64,000 nt of DNA from assembly GCA_041662565.1 (NCBI GenBank), contig JBAZSE010000003.1, forward strand, positions 108,636 through 172,635, written 5' to 3'. The notes under the pieces are model-generated. The model worked only from the letters and a program-made list of their open reading frames with translations, had not been told where the DNA came from and did no database searches. This document shows, piece after piece, positions 39,681 to 47,994 of this stretch; within the stretch, counting starts at the first letter, position 1; every line of letters begins with the position of its first letter. Position numbers and translations under genes: made by a program. The DNA comes from Patescibacteria group bacterium (lineage in GTDB: Bacteria > Patescibacteriota > Patescibacteriia > UBA1558 > UBA10009).

Positions 39681-40049
39681 TTACTGGCTGAACACCACAA
39701 TTTCTTGATTCTTGGAAAAATACCTAATGGTGTAAGATAAGCCATCACCGCTCCAATACGATAATCCACTAACCTCACTTAGGTCAATAGATAGATCGCC
39801 CAAGGCCTCAACTAAAGCATTTTGGCTGGCCAACCCATCTGTTTTAACAATAGGATAGCTTTTGCGGGCAACGTAATACTCGGCTAGCTTTTTTTGCAAA
39901 GATTCAACCTCAACTCTGCGATAATCGCCTTCTTTAATAGCTACTGACTTTTCGTGGTCTATATTAGCCATTACACCGGTTGATATTAAACCGATTGTGG
40001 CTAAGATTAGCGGAATTACTACTACAGCAAAACCTTTTTGATTAGTCAT
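39681..40049 (-). CDS. Type IV pilin/pseudopilin-like protein
   Basis: MTNQKG|FAVVVIPLILATIGLI class III signal (lacks Glu+5); GspG-like LAEYY...YP; TTGACA-16-TATAAT upstream. Confidence 0.7.
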   Translation of the reverse strand: MTNQKGFAVVVIPLILATIGLISTGVMANIDHEKSVAIKEGDYRRVEVESLQKKLAEYYVARKSYPIVKTDGLASQNALVEALGDLSIDLSEVSGLSYWSGDGLSYTIRYFSKNQEIVVFSQ

Positions 40050-40117
40050 AATATTACATTTAAGTAACCCGCCTATTATACTCCTTTTGGGCATTTTGTC
40101 AAGCTATAATTTGCCAA

Positions 40118-40147
40118 CAAAAAAAGACGGATAATCCGTCTTTTTTT
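40118..40147. terminator. Intrinsic terminator after the giant gene
   Basis: AAAAAAAGACGGATAATCCGTCTTTTTTT perfect hairpin. Confidence 0.8.
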
Positions 40148-40168
40148 AATATGTATTTAATCTTTTTA

Positions 40169-43100
40169 TTATGCCGCCAGAGCCAAAGTTGACGTTTCTT
40201 TGTTTAAAGGTAAAACATCTATATTTTTGGCGAAATCCTGGTTATACTTAAAGTAACTGTCTAAATCTATTTCCTTGGTAACGTAACCTAGCCGCAACGA
40301 ACCATCTGTTTCCAATTTTGGTTGAACTTGATTGCCTTGGCTATCAAAAAACTTTACATTTTGTGCCAGCCATTTATCATAAAGCTTAGAGCCATCCGAC
40401 TGGCGATCAGTGATGTGATTTTTATAAGCAGCTTTAAATTCTTCCACAATTTGCCTGCCCTGATATTTATGGCCTTCTATTTCCAATGTTAACTGATGCA
40501 AGGGCACCGGCTCTTGACCGCCTTCTGGCATTAAAGAAGCGGTTGAGGCATGGAACATGATAAATTGCTTATCAGGTGTAACGGTTAAAATAGCACCGTG
40601 GCCTTCAGGGCCATAAGTGGCCGCTCCGCCGGATTCCATGTTAATTAAATATTCTCCCGGCTCTAGATTTTCTTTAACTGTTTGCCAGGAAGCGTTATTA
40701 TATTTTAATTGCTGTTCACGCAAGAAAACCGAAAACTTTAATTCTTCCGGTTTGCCGGCATGGACGCTTAAAAACCGATTATAATCATCTAAAACAGGAT
40801 ACTCTCCCTTATTTTCCTTAGCCGCTTGCCTAACCAAAGTCATGCAATCAAATCCATCCTTGCCAACACTGTACGGCTTACCCACTTCATCCATCAAACT
40901 ATTGGCAATCTTATAACTTTCCGGCAAAATTGCGCTAATTGGTCCACCGGCCATAATTGATTCAATCTTTGCCCTATTAAAAACCTCATGTCCGAATTTT
41001 TTTTCTAAACTGTTTAATTCTTTTAAAATTTCCGCTTTAACTGCTTCGGCCTGGGCCTTATAACCGCCTTTAATTAAAGATTGATAAACATCAATATCTT
41101 GCATTAAATCTTTACCTTGTTCACGAGCATCGGTAATACTACCAATTAATTTATCGCTCTTGCCAGCTAAAATGCTCCGATAGCCTTCCTTTAAAATTTC
41201 ATCTCCGGTAATATTTCCGGTTCGCTGATGCAATATTTCCACTCCGATAACGCCCGAGCCCCGATTGCCATATCTAAAAGTTACCTTGGAAGAACCTGGT
41301 AAATCTGGATTGTGGGAAGTAAAAACAAAATCCCGACCTTCATTGCTGATTTGTATGCCCGCAACCTCATTATTAACATCATTGGGCTTTAATTCCTGCA
41401 ACGGGGCTTGAGCCGCTAATTTTGGGTCAGCACCCGATGTAGGCGCAACCTCTGCCTCATTAACACTGGTTGATCCGGTAACAGGAGCATTGGCGGGATT
41501 GGCGATTATCTCTTGAATTGGCGGTTTTTCGCCACGCAAATAATAAGGGATGTTTTCAAGCTCTTGATTAGTCAAAGTTCCGATATGCACTTCTTGGCCA
41601 TTTTGATCAAGAATGGAAAAATTATTTTGTTTTAGATTAAGTTTAATTACAAAATTATTAAAGTTATTTTTATCTAAAATCATTCCTCTTTCCCAAGAAA
41701 CCCATTTTTTTACCTTAAAAACAAGTTCGCTAGATAAACCACGAGTAAAATAAACTTCTTTAACATCAAAGTTTTTACCATACCATGATTTTTCAGATTC
41801 AAAACTTTCACCAAACAACAACTCGGTTGCCTTGGCCATTTGATCATCAGACATACTTGATAAACCATCTCTGTACTGCGCTAAGCCGGCAATAACAACA
41901 TCTTTTTCAAAACTTAAATTTTTGGTGTAAGAAGTAGCTTCAAAAGCCCTGGCAAGGCCTTCATTAATTTTAGTGCCAAATTCATAATTCAAACTATTGG
42001 CAATGGGCATAAATTCCGCCACCTGCGCGCGCTCGGCTTGAATATGGTAATCTTTAAACAAGGCCTCGGTCATGCGGTTTAAATTTTGGCTGGCACGGCT
42101 AATGCCACCGGCTAATTCCGCCAATTCCGGCTGTTCAAATTCTTTTGGTAAAGCAATGGTATAATAGGGTTTATTGCCTTTAACCGCTACGCCCACCATA
42201 TCTGCCACGCCATCGTCATTACTATCCTGATAAACCAATTCATCGGCCTTATTAACAAGTTCGCCAACTTTGTTGGCCTGCGCTTGAACTGCCTCAACAA
42301 TCAATTTATTTTGAGCTTCAATACTGCTAGCGTCTACCACTTTTTCTACTGGCGGATTAACCGTGTTTTGGACTGGTAATTCCGGGCTTGCTTTAACATC
42401 CGATGGCACTTCTTTAATCAATGGAAAACCCTTGATATCCCCATGATCCAAACCATCGGGTTTTAAATAAAAAACCTGTTCCGGCTGACCATCGCCGATA
42501 TTATCAACGGTAATTTTTAAATTATTACCTTCTGCCAAAAATTCTATATTATTAACCGTGCCATCAATCACATACTGTTTGCCCCCGGCTTCAATTATAT
42601 TTCCATCTTTAAGAACATAACCCCTCTCAGTCATAAATTGACTGACTTTGGAACTTAAGCTGCTGGCGGTTAAAGGAGTTTCCGGGGAAATAATAATCGT
42701 CGATAGTTCCTCCGGCATATGCTTTAAATCATAACCGACATTGGCAATTTGAAAATCCGTTAACTCAAAACCGTCTTTTTGTATATCAGGAATAAATAAT
42801 TTATTCTGTATGGTATGGAAAAGTACATCGTGAGGTGCGCTGCCCTTAAAAGACAGGCCTACAAAAGTTATCTGATTCGTGCCATCAAAAAATTTAATAT
42901 CAGAAGCGGAAAAATCATTATTCGCAAACAAGTCTCGAGCAAACATAGTTGCCTCGTCTTTACTAAAAGTTTCATGTTGCTTCATGGCCAAAATGCCAAG
43001 CCACAACTCATGTTTATAAGACAAAGATAAGCGCTCGGTTAAAGCAAGAGCTTCTTTAACTGAAAGATATGAGGCATCATTAACTTTTAAAAAGGCCTCG

Positions 43101-46100
43101 GAAGTCAATCGCAATTGCTGTTGATCTTTAGCTGCTTCTAAAATTTCCTTTATCTCCCCCATTGCCCATCCTCGATCCATCATTTTAGTGGCAATATCAA
43201 ATTTTGCCAAAGAATAAACATTTTCCAATTTAAGCAAATCCAGATTTTCCTTACCCAATTTGCCAACAAAATTATCAACCAAGGCAAAATCCGGTTTGGT
43301 TTCAAATAATTGGGTGGTATTACTACCTTGCCCGTAAACTTTGTAAAACTTGGCCGCTTCCAAACGATCGCCCGTTAAATGAGTGGCTAATTGGTTTAAA
43401 TTATCGCTAGTTGTTCGCGCCTGAGAAACAAGCTCTATGGCTTTATCATGGCTTAATTTTTCATCAAATTCTATTGTTTGATAAGCCAAGTTTGATTCAT
43501 CTCTAATTTCTAAATGATCAGGTATATTATCGCTATCAGCATCAATTAAATGCAAAGTATCACCATTGGGCAATTTAACATCCAGCCCATCCCATGGCCC
43601 AATTAAGCCCGTTTCTGTTGACGGAGGGTTAATGTGTTCGGCGGGAGTAACGGGATCGACTTCTGGAGTCACAATTACCCCGCCGGCGGTTCTTATACTT
43701 AACGCTTCATCCAACTTGGCCTTGGATGCGCCGTGTAATTCCTCATGCGCATCCCAATATTCGCGCGCTGCCTTGGCTTCATTGTAATTTAACTGTTCAT
43801 GCAAACCGCCTTCGGCTTTATCCAAATTAAATTCATTTTTAACTTCTTCCGGAATTTCATTTAATTTAAATTCTTTGCTGATTTGATCATAACGACCGGT
43901 TAAGCTTTCACCCGCCTCAACTTTAACTTCAGATGTTTTATATACAATAATTTCGCCCGACTTGGTTTCAATTACTGTATCACCTTCGTGCACCAAATTG
44001 GCATCAAAATCCTTAATTTCGGAACCACCAATGGTAATCACGGTAACTTTGGCATCCGGCGCCATGGCCTTATCCAGGGCTTCGGAAACACTTCCTTTGG
44101 CTGAAACAGTTCCACCGGCCATATAATCCTGATCAGCTGGCAAATGATCTTTAAAAGCCGGGATTTTTTCCAAATCAGCCAGCATATGAAATTTATGAGT
44201 CAATGGAACAGTTGGAGTTATTGCATCTACGGAAGGTTCTATTGGATCTTTTTCAGTTACTACTGACGAATCAATAACTTCCGTAATTCTTGAACCGGCC
44301 GGTAAATCAGGAGGTAATTCTAAATCCGCTTGATCTATTGATGGTAACTCAAGATTAGTTGTATCAGTAGATGGTAATTCCAAATCAACTTGATTTGTAT
44401 CAGGTAAAGCAACAGCGTTATGCGCAACAGATGTATCTGCAGGCAAAGATAGGTCTTTTAAGGGTTCATCAGTTAATTCGCTAGCAGTAGAATCAACCAT
44501 CGCCGCATCACCTTCGGCTACGGTTTGATTAATACTAGCCACATCAGCAGAAATGTCCTGATGAAATAGCCAATCCCTAACAACCGCACCGGCGCTGGCA
44601 AAGGCCGCGCCATAAAAAGCGCCCCATAACATTTTCTTGGTAACATACCTATCCCTAGCCTTATAAATTTTACCCTCGCGATAACTTAAAAATTTTTCCA
44701 ATCTTTTGGTAATTTCATTTTCAGAAGCAAAGCCTCCGGCTAAAGTTTCTCCGAAATTCAAAACATCAATCAATTCCTGCTGATTTATTAACCTCTCTCC
44801 GGCTTCACCAAAATTAACCAAGCCCTTATCCAATTTATCCTTAGTATATTCTAAACGTGCTCGCAAAGAATCTAAAACTTTTTGTATTTTTTGCTGAATT
44901 TCCGGATCATCATCCGAGAAAAAATCATCAATCTCATTAAATTCAATAATCAATTTATCCAATTTGGCAGTTAAACCCTCGGCCTTAACAAAATTTTTAT
45001 CAGCCGATAAAAGCTTGGCACGCTCTGTTTCCAATTTATCTCTTTCTTGCTCTAATTCTTTTCTTACACCAAATGGCATTATGTACTTATACACTTTGCC
45101 ATCCCTAATAGTAAAATCCTTATTTGTTTCTAAACTTCTTGTTAGCTCGCCTTTTAGCTTGGCTAAATCAATTTTTTCATTATCTGACAATTTATCTGAT
45201 TGCTGTTTTTTATTTAAGAAGATTATTTTGCTTATAATTTCATTTTGCTGTTGCAAATTATCTTTAATATTGCCAACTTCCGTTACCTCTCCCTGCCTAT
45301 AAATTGATGAATCCAAAGATCTTATTTTGGTTAATAACTCACTGGCTTTTTTATCATTAGTACTTTGGGCCAAACCTCTTCTGGTTTCAACATCTTTTTC
45401 TTCTAAACCCGCTTGAGCCCTTTTTCTGCCCAACCAGCCACCCATAACCGCAGCAACCACAGGCGCGCCAATCACTCCCCAGGCACCTATTGCAGCTGTT
45501 CTGGCAATAAAACCGGCAGCAAAATAACCGCCTCTTTCTTGAACCGTGCTGATTAAAGCCGAGCGCCAAATTTTATCCGAACCAATCCGGCCAAGCTCCT
45601 TTTCCACTTCCGGATTGGTATTTAAAAATTGCTGAAGCCGTAATTTATTTTCAATTTGAACTAATTCCAAAAGAGCTTCACTGTCAGCATGAGCGCGTTT
45701 AAATGATTCATCATTAACCAAAAATCGCTTGTAAACTGCGTAATTATCTCTTGCTTCACTGTACTGTTTCTGTTGTTTTTTTGTGGCAGTTGGTAAAGAC
45801 CATTCATACGGCAGACGACTTAACTCGTTAATGGCTTTATTAAACCCAATTAAAACATTTTGCCCATCTTTATCAATACCTTCCCAAGCACTTAGATAGC
45901 CCACTTCCAAACGGCCTTTTTCATCTTGGGCAATTTCCAATTGCGCGGTTTGCTTGACCAAATCCGCTAAAAGTTTTTTATGTTGTTCAAAATCGGCAGA
46001 AAATACTTTTTTAGCGCCGGCTGTTTCGGTTTTAGCAACGTAATACTGTTTAAATAGATTTTTCCAAAGCTTACCCGCCAAATTACTTTGACCAAGTTCT

Positions 46101-47944
46101 TGCTTATATTCCGCCTTACCCTGATCTTGCGCCCTACCCAACATTATTTGCTTAAAATTTTCCAGCAAAAAGGCCTGCTGTTCTGGCGTTAACTCGGCAA
46201 AACCTTCCACAGAACTAAGTTGTTCGGGTGAAATATTAAATTTGGCAAAATCATTAACTATGAATTGGGCAATTTCTGGAGATAATTTTTTGGGCTCAGA
46301 CGAATCCTGCGCTTTAATCGGTTTTGAAGATTCTGGTAATTTATCCGGAACAGTGGTTTTTACAATTGACTCCATTTGAAGCCGTTTTTTTAATTCTTCA
46401 AGCAAAACTTTTGGTTTGGCCGTATCAATCAGAGCTTCTTTAATGCCATAAGCCCTAAATACATCTTCGTCAGAAAGATTAATACTTGCCGGAATTACAC
46501 CGGCTTCAAAATTCTTCAGCATTTCCTGTGCTCTTGTTTGAATAGCAGAATCAATAACTTTTTCCTTTGGTTTTATAGGTTTAGTGACGGGAATTTCCTC
46601 AACATCAATGACTTCAGAATCTTTAATTTTTGGTTCAGCAGAAACAACCGGCTCATTAGGGTCAATTTCTTTTACTTCGGCTAATTTTCTGGATGGCCTT
46701 TTGTAAAGCCCGCCCCAATCCAAGGACTCTTCCTTATCCTCATTACCTGTTTCAGCCAGTTCTGGTAATTTTTTGGATGATCTATCTAAACTTGCCCAAT
46801 CCAATGGTTTGCCTTCAATATCAACGGTTTCGGACACTTTTGGTAATGCTTCAATATCTTTAGGTGGTGATTCTGGCACAATAGCATCTTGACCTACATC
46901 AGCTAATGGAGTAATCTCTGGTGCTGTCTTTTTTAAGTTTACTTCGGTTTGTGCGCCAACGGGTTTAACTAATTCTTTTTCACGCCTTTTATATAATGAC
47001 CCCGGCGCGGGCCTGGATCCTTTCCTTAATAGCTTTGTATACATACTTTTTTCTAACCTGTACAAATCCCCTTCGCCAAGTGGCGTAAATATACCCGGCC
47101 TAACTTGCTCAAAACCAGTGTGCACCTCCTCCGTTCCTCCCAACCCGTCTGCAAATTGAACTAATACTGCAAGACCAGCCGAGCTAAACCGTTCGGCCTG
47201 AAAAGGCACTAATACTAAATTACCATTATCTCTTTCAAAGCCCACAAACGATCCGTCCGATCTCTTTACAAACTTATATTTACGATATGACATATTGGTT
47301 AATATGGCCTCCATATTAACCATTTCATAGAAATCAGAATCCAACCCTGCCTCTGCTAGCATTTTTTTTAAAGTTCCCCACTTTTTATCGCCAATTCTAG
47401 ACCATTCGTTAACAACATCAACAAGCGTTTTTTCCTTTTGTTCGTCAAAAGTCAATTCACTTTCTATTGAATTTTCTGGTGTTTTAGGAGCTTCCGGAAC
47501 CTTAACCGAATTAATAGGTTCTTTGATCGTTTGATCGGGATCCTTAAAACGATTTTTAAAATCTCTAAGCAAATCTTCCGCTTTACCATTTTGTATCTCT
47601 TCTTCACCAAATTCATAGGCCTTAAATACCGCAACTCCACGAGGAGTTAATTCTCTTTTTGAATTATTCAAACAAACTAATGGAGAATACGCCATTATTG
47701 ATTCCAAATCATTCTTAATAATACTTTTTGCGTCTGCTTGAATTTTAGGATCAATTTCTGGAGATTTTGGTATTTTGGGCGCTTCAACAACTGGCGTAAC
47801 CACTGGTTTTGACTCATTCCTATTCTTCCAAATGGCTTCTTCATCTTCAGTGAGCGGTAATTCATGTGCAATCTTTTTTATAATACTAAAAGGAGTAGGT
47901 TTTTTGAGCTCCCTATTTCCTTCTGATGATTTATCTATATTCAT
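40169..47944 (-). CDS. Giant 2591-aa protein with central membrane helices and C-terminal NlpC/P60-like domain
   Basis: 7.8-kb ORF; GKPYSVGKDGFDCMTLV...GHGAI...MFHAS near the C-terminus; Gly/Ala-rich hydrophobic helices in the middle. Confidence 0.85.
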   Translation of the reverse strand: MNIDKSSEGNRELKKPTPFSIIKKIAHELPLTEDEEAIWKNRNESKPVVTPVVEAPKIPKSPEIDPKIQADAKSIIKNDLESIMAYSPLVCLNNSKRELTPRGVAVFKAYEFGEEEIQNGKAEDLLRDFKNRFKDPDQTIKEPINSVKVPEAPKTPENSIESELTFDEQKEKTLVDVVNEWSRIGDKKWGTLKKMLAEAGLDSDFYEMVNMEAILTNMSYRKYKFVKRSDGSFVGFERDNGNLVLVPFQAERFSSAGLAVLVQFADGLGGTEEVHTGFEQVRPGIFTPLGEGDLYRLEKSMYTKLLRKGSRPAPGSLYKRREKELVKPVGAQTEVNLKKTAPEITPLADVGQDAIVPESPPKDIEALPKVSETVDIEGKPLDWASLDRSSKKLPELAETGNEDKEESLDWGGLYKRPSRKLAEVKEIDPNEPVVSAEPKIKDSEVIDVEEIPVTKPIKPKEKVIDSAIQTRAQEMLKNFEAGVIPASINLSDEDVFRAYGIKEALIDTAKPKVLLEELKKRLQMESIVKTTVPDKLPESSKPIKAQDSSEPKKLSPEIAQFIVNDFAKFNISPEQLSSVEGFAELTPEQQAFLLENFKQIMLGRAQDQGKAEYKQELGQSNLAGKLWKNLFKQYYVAKTETAGAKKVFSADFEQHKKLLADLVKQTAQLEIAQDEKGRLEVGYLSAWEGIDKDGQNVLIGFNKAINELSRLPYEWSLPTATKKQQKQYSEARDNYAVYKRFLVNDESFKRAHADSEALLELVQIENKLRLQQFLNTNPEVEKELGRIGSDKIWRSALISTVQERGGYFAAGFIARTAAIGAWGVIGAPVVAAVMGGWLGRKRAQAGLEEKDVETRRGLAQSTNDKKASELLTKIRSLDSSIYRQGEVTEVGNIKDNLQQQNEIISKIIFLNKKQQSDKLSDNEKIDLAKLKGELTRSLETNKDFTIRDGKVYKYIMPFGVRKELEQERDKLETERAKLLSADKNFVKAEGLTAKLDKLIIEFNEIDDFFSDDDPEIQQKIQKVLDSLRARLEYTKDKLDKGLVNFGEAGERLINQQELIDVLNFGETLAGGFASENEITKRLEKFLSYREGKIYKARDRYVTKKMLWGAFYGAAFASAGAVVRDWLFHQDISADVASINQTVAEGDAAMVDSTASELTDEPLKDLSLPADTSVAHNAVALPDTNQVDLELPSTDTTNLELPSIDQADLELPPDLPAGSRITEVIDSSVVTEKDPIEPSVDAITPTVPLTHKFHMLADLEKIPAFKDHLPADQDYMAGGTVSAKGSVSEALDKAMAPDAKVTVITIGGSEIKDFDANLVHEGDTVIETKSGEIIVYKTSEVKVEAGESLTGRYDQISKEFKLNEIPEEVKNEFNLDKAEGGLHEQLNYNEAKAAREYWDAHEELHGASKAKLDEALSIRTAGGVIVTPEVDPVTPAEHINPPSTETGLIGPWDGLDVKLPNGDTLHLIDADSDNIPDHLEIRDESNLAYQTIEFDEKLSHDKAIELVSQARTTSDNLNQLATHLTGDRLEAAKFYKVYGQGSNTTQLFETKPDFALVDNFVGKLGKENLDLLKLENVYSLAKFDIATKMMDRGWAMGEIKEILEAAKDQQQLRLTSEAFLKVNDASYLSVKEALALTERLSLSYKHELWLGILAMKQHETFSKDEATMFARDLFANNDFSASDIKFFDGTNQITFVGLSFKGSAPHDVLFHTIQNKLFIPDIQKDGFELTDFQIANVGYDLKHMPEELSTIIISPETPLTASSLSSKVSQFMTERGYVLKDGNIIEAGGKQYVIDGTVNNIEFLAEGNNLKITVDNIGDGQPEQVFYLKPDGLDHGDIKGFPLIKEVPSDVKASPELPVQNTVNPPVEKVVDASSIEAQNKLIVEAVQAQANKVGELVNKADELVYQDSNDDGVADMVGVAVKGNKPYYTIALPKEFEQPELAELAGGISRASQNLNRMTEALFKDYHIQAERAQVAEFMPIANSLNYEFGTKINEGLARAFEATSYTKNLSFEKDVVIAGLAQYRDGLSSMSDDQMAKATELLFGESFESEKSWYGKNFDVKEVYFTRGLSSELVFKVKKWVSWERGMILDKNNFNNFVIKLNLKQNNFSILDQNGQEVHIGTLTNQELENIPYYLRGEKPPIQEIIANPANAPVTGSTSVNEAEVAPTSGADPKLAAQAPLQELKPNDVNNEVAGIQISNEGRDFVFTSHNPDLPGSSKVTFRYGNRGSGVIGVEILHQRTGNITGDEILKEGYRSILAGKSDKLIGSITDAREQGKDLMQDIDVYQSLIKGGYKAQAEAVKAEILKELNSLEKKFGHEVFNRAKIESIMAGGPISAILPESYKIANSLMDEVGKPYSVGKDGFDCMTLVRQAAKENKGEYPVLDDYNRFLSVHAGKPEELKFSVFLREQQLKYNNASWQTVKENLEPGEYLINMESGGAATYGPEGHGAILTVTPDKQFIMFHASTASLMPEGGQEPVPLHQLTLEIEGHKYQGRQIVEEFKAAYKNHITDRQSDGSKLYDKWLAQNVKFFDSQGNQVQPKLETDGSLRLGYVTKEIDLDSYFKYNQDFAKNIDVLPLNKETSTLALAA

Positions 47945-47964
47945 ATTATATCAAATTATATCAA
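47945..47964 (-). promoter_or_regulatory. Tandem extended -10 elements directly upstream of the giant gene
   Basis: (TTGATATAAT)x2 immediately followed by ATG. Confidence 0.55.
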
Positions 47965-47994
47965 ATAAAAGCGAATTTACTTTAATCTTATCTT

